NCBI GenBank assembly: GCA_017619815.1
Contig: JAFZRR010000017.1
Span: 1-64,000 of the forward strand
DNA from: Bacilli bacterium
GTDB taxonomy: Bacteria; Bacillota_I; Bacilli_A; RFN20; CAG-826
Length of the DNA: 64,000 nucleotides
Direction: 5' to 3'
Below the pieces are notes generated by a model. That model saw nothing but the letters and a program-made list of their open reading frames with translations, did no database searches and was not told the origin of the DNA. Numbering within the stretch: position 1 is the first letter of the stretch; the number at the start of each line of letters is the position of its first letter. The translations under genes were made by a program, and so were the position numbers. Shown here one piece after another: positions 9,804 through 18,412 of this stretch.

Positions 9804-11354
9804 TTAGAATGTGTAGTCAACAACAATGGATTTCTTGCCATTAAATGTTGCATCTGTAATTGAGTATTTAGGAGCTGCTTCTCCATATAAATCAGCAGCT
9901 AATAAAGCTCTTCTTTCACCATATAAATAACCAGTAGTATCGGTTAATTGTGTGGTGTTGCTATATTTTGTAGCGTAAACAAGATAATAACCAAGTTCTT
10001 CTGGGTCATCGCCATATTGGACTTCTGCTGAGTATGTTCCAACATAAGCATTTGTCGAACTGTTATATCCTCTAATGAATGTGCTGTAATCTAATGCCTT
10101 TTCGATAGATTCATAGATTTCTGGTTGAGCGGCATTTGGTCTTGTTAATTTATATGTTGTATTAACGGAATTGATGACTGCGCCAGTATCTTGAATCATA
10201 TAGAAAGCTTCCCATTGATCGCCTTGTTGAATGGCTTCAACAACACAATTTTCGAAATTGACATGCACACCTGTTGCGCCAGAATTAATAACAACAACAC
10301 CAAAGGCATTTGAAGAATCACTATGTGGATTTACACCTCTGATTGTAGAATTTTTAACATTGACAACTGTATTTGGTGACCAAATATTGAATGCACCCCA
10401 AGCTTGGACGCTTGAATTTTCAATGTTAATTTCAAGGTTTTCGTTTCCACTTCCAACATTTATGCCATAGTAATCTGATATCTCTACGTCAACATCATTT
10501 AAATTGACAGTACAATTTGTTGTATCAAACATGCCAATAGCATTGGTGTATGTGCCAGTGGAAGGACCTTCAATATCAACACCAGTAATATTAAGAGTGG
10601 CATTTTCAACTTCGTCTAAAATAATTGGTCTTCTCGCACCTTCAGGAGCGGTAATTTTAACATCACCATCACCATAGAGATTAATTTCGGAATTGCTTGG
10701 AACTTCAAGCACTTCGTTTAAGTTGATATCCTCTGCAATATATAAATTCGCTTCTCCACCTTCTGCAGGAATTGCATCGAGTGCAGCTTCAAGACCAGAA
10801 GCATCAGAAACTGTTGGCATATTGAATTGAACTGCTTCAACCACTATTTTAACAACTGCGGATTTATTCAAATAATCAACAGTAGTAGTAAATGGTATTT
10901 CAATTGAGGCATCCAGATTAATAACTGTTGCGTTTTCAGATGGTTCAACTGTTGTCCAGTTAGAAGCGCCTCCGGAAACGTTAGCTTCTAGGGCTGGTGC
11001 TAAATCACCACTTTTGCTAAATTTGACACGGTATTTGATCTTAATATTGTTTTCAAGATTAATACCAACTTTAAATGTGGCTTTATCGCCCGGAGTCATT
11101 CTATCGAGTGTGATAACTTGCGTAGATTGATTTAGTGAAGCGGTTCCACCATTTTCAAATTTACCATCTTCTTGAGCAACATCTAGTGAATATGTTTTTA
11201 ATTCGCTTACAACCGATGTGAGAGCAAAATTACCAGAAGTAATATTAACTTCGGTTTTTGCTTCCTTGGAAAAATAGGCGATTGTTCCGCCGACAGCACC
11301 GGCTGCTAAAAATGCGGCCATGATTGCAGCGGATATGATTGCTCTTTTTCTCAT
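9804..11354 (-). CDS. secreted TasA/camelysin-family N-domain fused to a beta-helix domain (paralog of 8234-9784)
   Basis: MRKRAIISAAIMAAFLAAGAVGGTIAYFSKE signal and the MTPGDKATFKVGINLENN block. The C-terminal region has beta-helix-like repeats (TVNLNDVDVEISD..., NLEINIENSSVQAWG...). Confidence 0.65.
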   Translation of the reverse strand: MRKRAIISAAIMAAFLAAGAVGGTIAYFSKEAKTEVNITSGNFALTSVVSELKTYSLDVAQEDGKFENGGTASLNQSTQVITLDRMTPGDKATFKVGINLENNIKIKYRVKFSKSGDLAPALEANVSGGASNWTTVEPSENATVINLDASIEIPFTTTVDYLNKSAVVKIVVEAVQFNMPTVSDASGLEAALDAIPAEGGEANLYIAEDINLNEVLEVPSNSEINLYGDGDVKITAPEGARRPIILDEVENATLNITGVDIEGPSTGTYTNAIGMFDTTNCTVNLNDVDVEISDYYGINVGSGNENLEINIENSSVQAWGAFNIWSPNTVVNVKNSTIRGVNPHSDSSNAFGVVVINSGATGVHVNFENCVVEAIQQGDQWEAFYMIQDTGAVINSVNTTYKLTRPNAAQPEIYESIEKALDYSTFIRGYNSSTNAYVGTYSAEVQYGDDPEELGYYLVYATKYSNTTQLTDTTGYLYGERRALLAADLYGEAAPKYSITDATFNGKKSIVVDYTF

Positions 11355-11374
11355 ATACTTTTCCTTTCTATAAA

Positions 11375-11998
11375 TTATTCGGTAACTTGTGTGGCAACTA
11401 ATTGAATACCCATGTTAATAGTTAAACCTTGTGCATCGTTACCAGCATTGTCTCCGATTTCTACTTTCATCGTAAATTCTTGTTCCCCATCTTTGATGAG
11501 TTTTGGAAGTTGAAAATCGGAACGGTTTTGGTCGAGTGTATAGCTAACTGCGGTAGCACCAGTAGCTTCAAATGTCACTGTTGTAGCAGCGTAAATTGAA
11601 GAATCTGATGGGGCATTATTATCTTGATCATCTTTAACGGATAATTCAGGAATACTTACCACAGTGGAAAATGCCGTAGCACCAGTATTGGATAACTTGA
11701 ATGTTAATTCATAGGAAGCGCCTGGAACTGCTCCATCTACGTCTAAGGCATCTGCACCATCGTTTGATAAATCAACAACTGTGTTATCGACTGTTTCAGA
11801 AATGGTACCTTGCGCATCTAAAGAATTACTGACTAATTTGGTTCTTGCGAATGAGAAATTCAAATTACCCACTTTAATGTGCGCAGTGGTTGAAACCTGA
11901 CGTGAGAACAAAGCAAATGTTCCGGCGACAACTCCACCTAATGCTAGTGTGGCAATAATCGCGGATGCTATTAACGCTCTTCCGGTTTTAGTGTTCAT
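11375..11998 (-). CDS. TasA/CalY (camelysin)-like secreted fibre protein
   Basis: 207 aa. The signal ALGGVVAGTFALFSRQ resembles the Bacillus TasA/CalY GGGTFA(F)FSD motif. Confidence 0.6.
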   Translation of the reverse strand: MNTKTGRALIASAIIATLALGGVVAGTFALFSRQVSTTAHIKVGNLNFSFARTKLVSNSLDAQGTISETVDNTVVDLSNDGADALDVDGAVPGASYELTFKLSNTGATAFSTVVSIPELSVKDDQDNNAPSDSSIYAATTVTFEATGATAVSYTLDQNRSDFQLPKLIKDGEQEFTMKVEIGDNAGNDAQGLTINMGIQLVATQVTE

Positions 11999-12011
11999 AC
12001 GTTCTCCTTTC

Positions 12012-12242
12012 TTACTTTTTCTTAGCTTCTAAAACTTCGGTTAAGGAACCGGCGAAAAGGACGTCGACATTGTTTTCATTATCATCTTTCAATGTGAATG
12101 ATACTGAAGAAACTTTATAGAGCTCTCTATTTGGATTATGGAAATTTCTTTTTCTTACGACCGCTTCATGAGTTCCCACACCAATAAGTGCGAACGCAAA
12201 AAGCACGACTAATGCAATTAGTAGAATGAAATACCACGGCAT
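12012..12242 (-). CDS. small single-TM protein
   Basis: 76 aa, MPWYFILLIALVVLFAFALIGVG, tightly packed inside the operon. Confidence 0.4.
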   Translation of the reverse strand: MPWYFILLIALVVLFAFALIGVGTHEAVVRKRNFHNPNRELYKVSSVSFTLKDDNENNVDVLFAGSLTEVLEAKKK

Positions 12243-12245
12243 AGA

Positions 12246-13094
12246 TTACTCCTCCTTTTCATCGATTTCTTTATCGACGTTAGTTGCTTCTTCTTGCTCC
12301 TTATTTTGAAGCGCGGCAAGCTGCGCTTTAAGATTTTCAATCTCGGCTTGGTTAGAATCAATTTGCGCTTGAGTTTCACCAGCTTTGATCAATTTCTTTT
12401 CCTTCTTATCTTTATAGACATAGAAGATGATTTTACCTATTTCAAAGAAACATAAGAGCGTGCATGGAATGACGACGAGGAACAAAATTCCATTGCGGGA
12501 TTTTAAGAACGAAACTACTTCTCCCATTGGATGGTTCATCCAAACGACTTTGCCAATCACATAGGAGAATGATTGCTCCGCAGTTATTGGATTGGTGTAG
12601 ACAGTTTGGACTCCACCTGATGCTTGTTCAGCGTCACCCATAAGGGTTAATTTATAACCCTCTAAAGCAGGTGTTTTTTCAATAAGTCTGTGGGTATAGA
12701 CATATTGACCTGTTTTTCCATTGATTGATGTGTAATAAACAAATGTCACCACATCACCGACCTTAAGGTCTTCGTAAAACTTTTCCGCATTCTTTTCTGT
12801 AACTTCTTTAATTCGAATCAAAGAATTAACAGGAAGAGTTTTAATGGAATAGGATTTATAGGTCTCCGGATCAATATGGTTATTCTCTGACATAGAACCA
12901 GTTTCTACGGTTCTAAGTTGGTAACCATTGATGGAGTTGCCATTTTTGTTATTCGATGTCGTATTACGAAAGATAATGGCGACGACCGCGAAGGCCGCAA
13001 AAGAAATGAATAAAGCATCAAGGACAATACTAATAATTTTTCTGACCTTGGATTGTTTATTTTCTTCCTTTTTGACTTCTTGCGCTTCTTCCAT
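12246..13094 (-). CDS. sipW: SipW-type (ER/archaeal-type) signal peptidase I with a C-terminal TM anchor
   Basis: Catalytic-box equivalents TGSMS (SGSMEP-like), YTHRLI (THRI/V) and MGDAEQ (GDN-like). N- and C-terminal TM segments present. Confidence 0.65.
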   Translation of the reverse strand: MEEAQEVKKEENKQSKVRKIISIVLDALFISFAAFAVVAIIFRNTTSNNKNGNSINGYQLRTVETGSMSENNHIDPETYKSYSIKTLPVNSLIRIKEVTEKNAEKFYEDLKVGDVVTFVYYTSINGKTGQYVYTHRLIEKTPALEGYKLTLMGDAEQASGGVQTVYTNPITAEQSFSYVIGKVVWMNHPMGEVVSFLKSRNGILFLVVIPCTLLCFFEIGKIIFYVYKDKKEKKLIKAGETQAQIDSNQAEIENLKAQLAALQNKEQEEATNVDKEIDEKEE

Positions 13095-13105
13095 AAAATT
13101 CCTAA

Positions 13106-13597
13106 CTACATCGTTTTAATGAAAGACATGTGGAAAGTGAACTGCATATCGAGTTCTGGTTCCACGACTTCATTTGATAAATAGAAAGTTAAGGTGAAAT
13201 TCTCACCATCTTCTTTAATGAATGTCTTATCTTTTAAAGCGTTTTCTTTATCAAGATTCTTGATTTCATAAATGTTTGTTCCGTCTTCTTTGACAAATAA
13301 TAATTTGTCATCTTGTCTAGCGGACACACTGACATACTTCGCGGAATATTCATCTACATCTGTAAACCATAAAGAGGTATTCGCATTTGAATACCAATCA
13401 AAATCAACTTCGATATTGAAGTCTTTTTGCTGTCCAGGAAGCATGTCTAAATAGATGTCTTGTTCGACAACTTCGCCATCTTCTGTGGTCATGGTTTGTT
13501 TTTGAGAATTATAGTAATACCCCACAACAACACCAGCACCACCTGTTAATAGAAGACCTGAACAGATGAATAAACCGATGATTGTATGTAGTTTCAT
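13106..13597 (-). CDS. small secreted protein immediately upstream of sipW (TapA-position gene)
   Basis: 163 aa with signal peptide MKLHTIIGLFICSGLLLTGGAGVVVG. Start overlaps the upstream stop as TAATG. Confidence 0.5.
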   Translation of the reverse strand: MKLHTIIGLFICSGLLLTGGAGVVVGYYYNSQKQTMTTEDGEVVEQDIYLDMLPGQQKDFNIEVDFDWYSNANTSLWFTDVDEYSAKYVSVSARQDDKLLFVKEDGTNIYEIKNLDKENALKDKTFIKEDGENFTLTFYLSNEVVEPELDMQFTFHMSFIKTM

Positions 13598-15123
13598 TAT
13601 TTACTCTTTTCTATACCTGCTGCTGCCATCGCGTCATCGATGAGTTTCATCGCGCGCTTCATAGCTAATTCAGATTTCACTCTGAAACATAATGGGAGAT
13701 CTTCAAATGCTTTCTTTGAAGAATCATCTTCCACTGGAATCTTGCTATCTGCGTAAGCTTTTGGATCCAAACGATAATGAATCTTTAAAGTCTTACCTGC
13801 GATTTGTAATTTCACGTATGTCTTACGTTTATAAGATAAGGAATCCGCAGTTGTGCTGACACGTGAAACCAAGGCATATTTTTCAATACCATAATCCTTG
13901 ATTTCCTTGTAAGCGTGACGTGTTTCATTTCTCACTCTTAAAAGTTTTTCGTAGAAAGTACGTGTTTTAATATTTGGGAATCCATCGCCGCCCTCTTCGG
14001 CTTCTGGTTCTTCTTTAACTGGTTCAGGTTTTGGTTCTGGTTTCTTTTCGATAACCACTTTCTTTGGCTCTGGTTTTGGTTTTTCAACCTTTTCTTTTGG
14101 TTCTTCTTCCTCTTGAAGTTTTGCTAATTCTTCTGGGGATAATTTTTGAAGACCCGCTTTGAGCATTGTGTCACCCAATAATTGTTTTGCACGTTTTAAA
14201 CCAAGATTTGACTTAACACGGAACACCAAAGGAATATCAGCGAATAATTTCTTCGCTGAATCATCTTCCACTGGAATTGGGGAGTCTTTATAATCCGCTG
14301 GTTCAAGACGGTAATGGAGTTTTAATGTACGTCCACCGATACCGATCTTGAGGTAATTGATTTTCTTATATGAGTAAGCATCACCATTAGAGGAAACACG
14401 AGATTTCAAACCATAAGATAATGCTTCTTGTTTGAGTTCTTCATAGAAAGAAACTTGTTCTTCAGAAATGAGGTGTAATTTTTCTTCGAATGTTCTTCTA
14501 TTAATATTGATTTCTTTGCCACCTTCTTCAGCTGGTTCTTCACTAGCTTCTTCCACTGGTTCTGGTTGAGGAGCGGATTCTTCTTTAACTGGTTCAGGTT
14601 CTTTTTCTGGTTCTTTTTCCACGACTGGCTCTGGCTCTGGTTGTGGTTCAGATTCTGGTAAAACAATCTTTTCTTCTTTTTGTGGTTGTTCCTTAATTGG
14701 ATCCACAGCAAGAACAAGGACTTGTTTTCCGTTTTTCACCATAAATGTGAATTTTGCAGATAAAAGATATAAACGATAAAATTCTTCAAAATCGTCTCTA
14801 TTTTTGAAGTATGGATCTTTTTTATCTTTCTTATATTGTTCTTCGTTAGCTTTGATGTAGTTATCAAATAGTTCTTTATTAGAAGCGACATATTCGCGTT
14901 CTCTTTTTAGAACTACATCTAAGACAATTTTTCCTAATTCACCACTTTGACTTTTGTTAAAGAGATTCTCGAAGTCATCATCGAAGAGTTCGAATAATGC
15001 ATGCGCGACAATCTTTGTGGCTTTTTCCGCGAGTGGAGATGCAGGTCTACTGACATCCACCAAAATAAGCGAAAAGTCATTTTCACGTTGGAAAACAACT
15101 GGCATAACATTTTTAAGTTCCAT
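13597..15123 (-). CDS. cytoplasmic protein with two tandem ~125-aa repeat domains separated by Pro/Glu/Lys-rich linkers
   Basis: 508 aa. Repeat 1 is NINRRTFEEKLHLISEE...LKLHYRLEPADYKDSPIPVEDDSAKKLFADIPLVFRVKSNLGLKRAKQLL. Repeat 2 is NIKTRTFYEKLLRV...LKIHYRLDPKAYADSKIPVEDDSSKKAFEDLPLCFRVKSELAMKRAMKLI. Linkers are PEPEPVVEKEPEKEPEP stretches. No signal peptide. Confidence 0.6.
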   Translation of the reverse strand: MELKNVMPVVFQRENDFSLILVDVSRPASPLAEKATKIVAHALFELFDDDFENLFNKSQSGELGKIVLDVVLKREREYVASNKELFDNYIKANEEQYKKDKKDPYFKNRDDFEEFYRLYLLSAKFTFMVKNGKQVLVLAVDPIKEQPQKEEKIVLPESEPQPEPEPVVEKEPEKEPEPVKEESAPQPEPVEEASEEPAEEGGKEININRRTFEEKLHLISEEQVSFYEELKQEALSYGLKSRVSSNGDAYSYKKINYLKIGIGGRTLKLHYRLEPADYKDSPIPVEDDSAKKLFADIPLVFRVKSNLGLKRAKQLLGDTMLKAGLQKLSPEELAKLQEEEEPKEKVEKPKPEPKKVVIEKKPEPKPEPVKEEPEAEEGGDGFPNIKTRTFYEKLLRVRNETRHAYKEIKDYGIEKYALVSRVSTTADSLSYKRKTYVKLQIAGKTLKIHYRLDPKAYADSKIPVEDDSSKKAFEDLPLCFRVKSELAMKRAMKLIDDAMAAAGIEKSK

Positions 15124-15348
15124 AAAAGCACCCCTTTTTTACTAAACTCAAATCTACGTATATATGTATGTGTTTATATTTTATATGAGAAAAGTTTTAA
15201 TGACAAACGGTGGAATTATCGAACTTGAAAAAAACAATTTGGGTCCTTTTCAATTTTTTCCTCACTACATCAGTATTTTTTAACAATTTTTGCCAAAAAA
15301 CATTATTTTTCAAATTTTGATAAAAAGTTGCGATATGGCCTTAAAAAA

Positions 15349-15382
15349 GTAAAAGAAAAGCGATCGCTCACACGATCGCGTT
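15349..15382 (-). terminator. minus-strand intrinsic terminator closing the GC-rich non-coding island
   Basis: On the minus strand the sequence reads CGCGATCG-tgtgag-CGATCGC followed by TTTTCTTTT. Confidence 0.5.
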
Positions 15383-15849
15383 AACCGGTTGTTTTGTATC
15401 AGGGACGAGCCCTGACACATAACACAAGTTGAGTTCTTTCTGTCTGGTGGTGCTTCTTGTTGACGATACGTTTTAAATTGATTAGCGTATCGGTGGCCAG
15501 ATTCCTCTAGTTATTAGCTTCGAGGCCTTTTTCCTTTTCGTCGTGTCCGGTACTGGATTTATCCCGTCAAACTCTAACGCGGGGACCAGTGATGCAAGCA
15601 TCAGTGAGGAACGTACCGATCGTTACCTTAATTCAGATAACGCTTTGCTAGTGCAACCATTAACCACTTTTTTTGATTCCATGGAGTTCCTACATCAATT
15701 TGGAGGAGCTGGTTGGCTTATCTAGTCTTGAACTTATTAATCCGTTTCTTCGTGGAGGTATCTCTTTGGAAGTTCTCCACTATTGTCACACGTTTGTTGA
15801 ATTATGTGACTTAGGCTTGCACTGCTTTGATTAGAAGCAGTATTTTGTA

Positions 15850-15920
15850 CCTCTTCGATCGTGTCCGGCGGTGGAATTACGCTGTTAAGTTCTAACTCAG
15901 CGACCACTGTAGCAGGGAGG
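15850..15920. repeat. 71-nt direct repeat copy 1 inside the GC-rich island
   Basis: CCTCTTCGATCGTGTCCGGCGGTGGAATTACGCTGTTAAGTTCTAACTCAGCGACCACTGTAGCAGGGAGG. A degenerate third copy starts near 15527 (CTTTTCGTCGTGTCCGG...). Confidence 0.8.
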
Positions 15921-16147
15921 TAAACCGTTAATCAACCCGAAGATTGATTAGCCGCTTGCGATCATGAACCAGAAGATTTAATCCTGGAACCTTACTATCA
16001 ACGTCGTGTAATGGTTGATCGTCGATTGTGCGGCTGAACTTCATTGCCCCTTTGTTAAGCATGCATTGAGAGGCTTAACTTATTTCACGTTGAATGTTAA
16101 CTTAGCGTGAACGGCAGTGTTATAAGGTATTAATCTCATAACCTTTG

Positions 16148-16219
16148 TCCTCTTCGACTGTGTCGGGCGGTGGGATTACGCTGTTAAGTTCTAACTCAGC
16201 GACCACTGTAGCAGGGAGG
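16148..16219. repeat. 71-nt direct repeat copy 2 (about 298 nt downstream of copy 1; roughly 4-5 mismatches)
   Basis: CCTCTTCGACTGTGTCGGGCGGTGGGATTACGCTGTTAAGTTCTAACTCAGCGACCACTGTAGCAGGGAGG. Confidence 0.8.
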
Positions 16220-16611
16220 ATCGACCTCGATTATTACCGAAGTAACAATCTACTAGTGCAATCATTAATCTGGAACTTTTGAGTTCTAGAACCGTCGTGT
16301 TAACTTCGTTTCCTACGTTGATTGACTTACCTAGATTTGGGTTAGTGAGTAGCTATCGCTACTCATTCCCATCAATTTGGTTTCCCAAGTTGATTGGTAA
16401 TAGTATCTTCTTTTTTATAAATTTGGTCAAGCACTTTTTTTAAAATTTTTTTAACTTTTTTATTTTTCTCGATGGCATCGTATCTTTTTTTGCAAAAAAA
16501 TTTTTAAAAATATTTTGTTTTTTATTTTTTTATTATTTTTTCCCGCTAGTTTTTGGTTTCACGTATAAAAATTATTATTAATTGAACGCATGTGCGCGTA
16601 TATATAGAAAC

Positions 16612-16646
16612 AAAAAACCACCAACGAGGGTGGCTTTTGTTTTTAG
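16612..16646 (-). terminator. intrinsic terminator downstream of 16657-16962
   Basis: CCACC-aacgag-GGTGG hairpin flanked by A6 and T-rich runs. Confidence 0.55.
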
Positions 16647-16656
16647 ATCAAACTGA

Positions 16657-16962
16657 TTATTCAGCTTTTTCTTCTGTTTTTTCTTCTTTAGCTTCAGCAG
16701 CTGGTTGTTCTTTTTCTTTTTTGCCGAATGCTAATGGGACTGGAGCACCTTTGAATGCTGCGATGAGATCGAGAATCCAAGGAACAATAGCGACAAATGG
16801 AATGACGCTAAGAATAAGGAAAATTAAGTGATCCTTATTTTGTGCTTTTTCTTCAATAACGTTGAATAAACGATAGAGGAGATAAATGATGGAAACGAAT
16901 AATGCGAAAACGATTCTTAAGCCTTTTCCAAGTCCATCAACCCATTTCTTATAACCTTCCAT
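16657..16962 (-). CDS. small two-TM membrane protein with an acidic/Lys-rich tail
   Basis: 101-aa ORF, hydrophobic, followed by a terminator. Confidence 0.5.
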   Translation of the reverse strand: MEGYKKWVDGLGKGLRIVFALFVSIIYLLYRLFNVIEEKAQNKDHLIFLILSVIPFVAIVPWILDLIAAFKGAPVPLAFGKKEKEQPAAEAKEEKTEEKAE

Positions 16963-17131
16963 GGTGTAATTCCTTTCTAAACTTATGGTTTATTATATAA
17001 CTATTCTACAAATAATAGTATTTCTATGTAAATATTCCTTTTAAAAAGATAATATTAAAAATTCTTTGATTTAATCGATATTTAATAGAATTAAAGTGTT
17101 TTGATAAAAATTGAAATATATAATATTTTCG

Positions 17132-18379
17132 ATGGCAAAAAACAAAAAGTATCCAGAAATAACACCAGATCTTCCTTTTCAACGTACCTGGTTAATATTT
17201 GAAATCGTTATTTGGATTATTGCTCTAATTAATAAGATTAAAAATAGAGCGAAGATTGTTAAAAGAAACAAAATACCAAAACCACCATATATTTTGATAT
17301 CCACTCATGCATCGATGTTGGATTTTTATATGGCTTTAATGCTCACATTCCCACACAGGGTTTATTGGATATCCACAGTGGAAGAATTCATTCCTCGTTT
17401 CTTTATCTTTAGAAGAATTGGTGTTTTAGCGAAAAGAAAATTCACCAATGATCCAAAAGCGGCGATGAGATATTTAGAAGTTCTTCAAAAGAAGAAGATT
17501 TTAGTCATTTATCCTGAAGCAAGATATTCCTTCATGGGAGAGACAGAAAGATTTGATAAAGGATTAGGCAAAATGGCCAAAATGGCGAACGTTCCAGTGG
17601 TTTTGATAAGAGAACACGGAAACTATTTATATTGCCCTCAGTGGAGCGATCACAAGGTCAGAAAAGTCCGTCCAATTGTTGATGAAGTTGAGACTATCAT
17701 TTCTAGAAATGATTTAGAAGTTATGAACGCGGATGAAATCCAAGCGAAGATTGAAGAGAACTTCGTGAACTCCGAAGAAGATTGGATGAGAAGAAAACAT
17801 ATTCTTATCAAATATAATAACCGCGCGGTCGGTTTAGAAAGAATCCTTTATAAGTGTCCACATTGTGGAACAGAATTTGAAATGAGTTCAAATACTCACT
17901 TTATTAAATGTAATCATTGTGGCGTTACATATGACTATTTAGAAAATGGTCAGTTACAACGCGTTGATGGAGAAAGTAAATTCCATTACCCAAGCGAATG
18001 GTATAAATGGGAAAAAGAATGCGTTAAAGAAGAGGTCCTTAAGGGAACATATCATTTTGAAGATGATGTTCGTGTGGAAAGACTTATGGGTGCGGGTATT
18101 GGCTTTGTTCCTCAAGAGGGCCACTACCACTTAACACATGATATTGATGAGGGCTTTGTGGTTAAAGGAACGGATAATGGTTTTGAATTTAGACGCTCAT
18201 CACTACAAAGTTACGCTCTTCATATTGAATATAACTATTTAGATAGAGGAGCATTCCTTGAATTAGCGGATTTAAAAGATACATACTTTATATATCCACT
18301 CAATAAACCACAGCAATTAACAAAACTTCACTTTGCTGTGGAACACATTTACGATTTCAAAAAGGCTCAAATTAAATAA
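17132..18379 (+). CDS. lysophospholipid acyltransferase (PlsC/LPLAT family) with a C-terminal Cys4 zinc-ribbon domain
   Basis: HX4D motif in ISTHASMLD and a PEARYS block. CPHCG...CNHCG zinc ribbon. The ATG at 17132 is used because the track start at 17111 is a TTG. A TATAAT lies 7 nt upstream of the ATG, so the mRNA is possibly leaderless. Confidence 0.65.
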   Translation: MAKNKKYPEITPDLPFQRTWLIFEIVIWIIALINKIKNRAKIVKRNKIPKPPYILISTHASMLDFYMALMLTFPHRVYWISTVEEFIPRFFIFRRIGVLAKRKFTNDPKAAMRYLEVLQKKKILVIYPEARYSFMGETERFDKGLGKMAKMANVPVVLIREHGNYLYCPQWSDHKVRKVRPIVDEVETIISRNDLEVMNADEIQAKIEENFVNSEEDWMRRKHILIKYNNRAVGLERILYKCPHCGTEFEMSSNTHFIKCNHCGVTYDYLENGQLQRVDGESKFHYPSEWYKWEKECVKEEVLKGTYHFEDDVRVERLMGAGIGFVPQEGHYHLTHDIDEGFVVKGTDNGFEFRRSSLQSYALHIEYNYLDRGAFLELADLKDTYFIYPLNKPQQLTKLHFAVEHIYDFKKAQIK

Positions 18380-18412
18380 ACATATCAATACTTTATAGGG
18401 GGTTATAACGAT

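Larger units (their letters stand above)
15349..16395 (-). ncRNA. candidate large structured non-coding RNA (~1 kb) of unknown class
   Basis: About 1 kb with no ORF of 60 aa or more except one spurious ORF. GC content is clearly higher than the flanks. There are many local hairpins and ~300-nt periodic repeat units. A minus-strand terminator sits at 15349-15382 and a weak TTGACC-19nt-TACTAT promoter at 16400-16430. Strand assignment is tentative. Confidence 0.4.

Noticed and set aside
9785-9886. Longer N-terminal extension of the 550-aa TasA-like protein (track start 9886)
   Set aside because: The extension would overlap the upstream gene by about 80 nt. The internal MKKRYVI start gives a canonical signal peptide directly.
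14406-15228. ORFs 14406-14717(-), 14934-15131(-), 14954-15145(+) and 15001-15228(+)
   Set aside because: Alternative frames of the Pro/Glu/Lys-rich repeat protein or of its promoter region. The Lys/Asn-rich junk translations are characteristic of AT-rich off-frames.
15543-15725. 60-aa ORF inside the GC-rich island
   Set aside because: No RBS. It lies within a repeat-structured non-coding region and looks like a chance ORF.
15850-16219. Two 71-nt direct repeats considered as a possible CRISPR array
   Set aside because: Repeats are too long, there are only two to three copies, spacing is about 300 nt and there are no cas genes. They fit periodic units of a structured RNA or satellite instead.
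15349-16395. GC-rich island considered as an rRNA, tmRNA, RNase P or SRP RNA
   Set aside because: None of the universal signature sequences are present (16S/23S conserved blocks, tmRNA tag-reading frame with a tRNA-like end, RNase P AGGAAAGUCCGGGCUCC, SRP domain IV). The class remains unknown.
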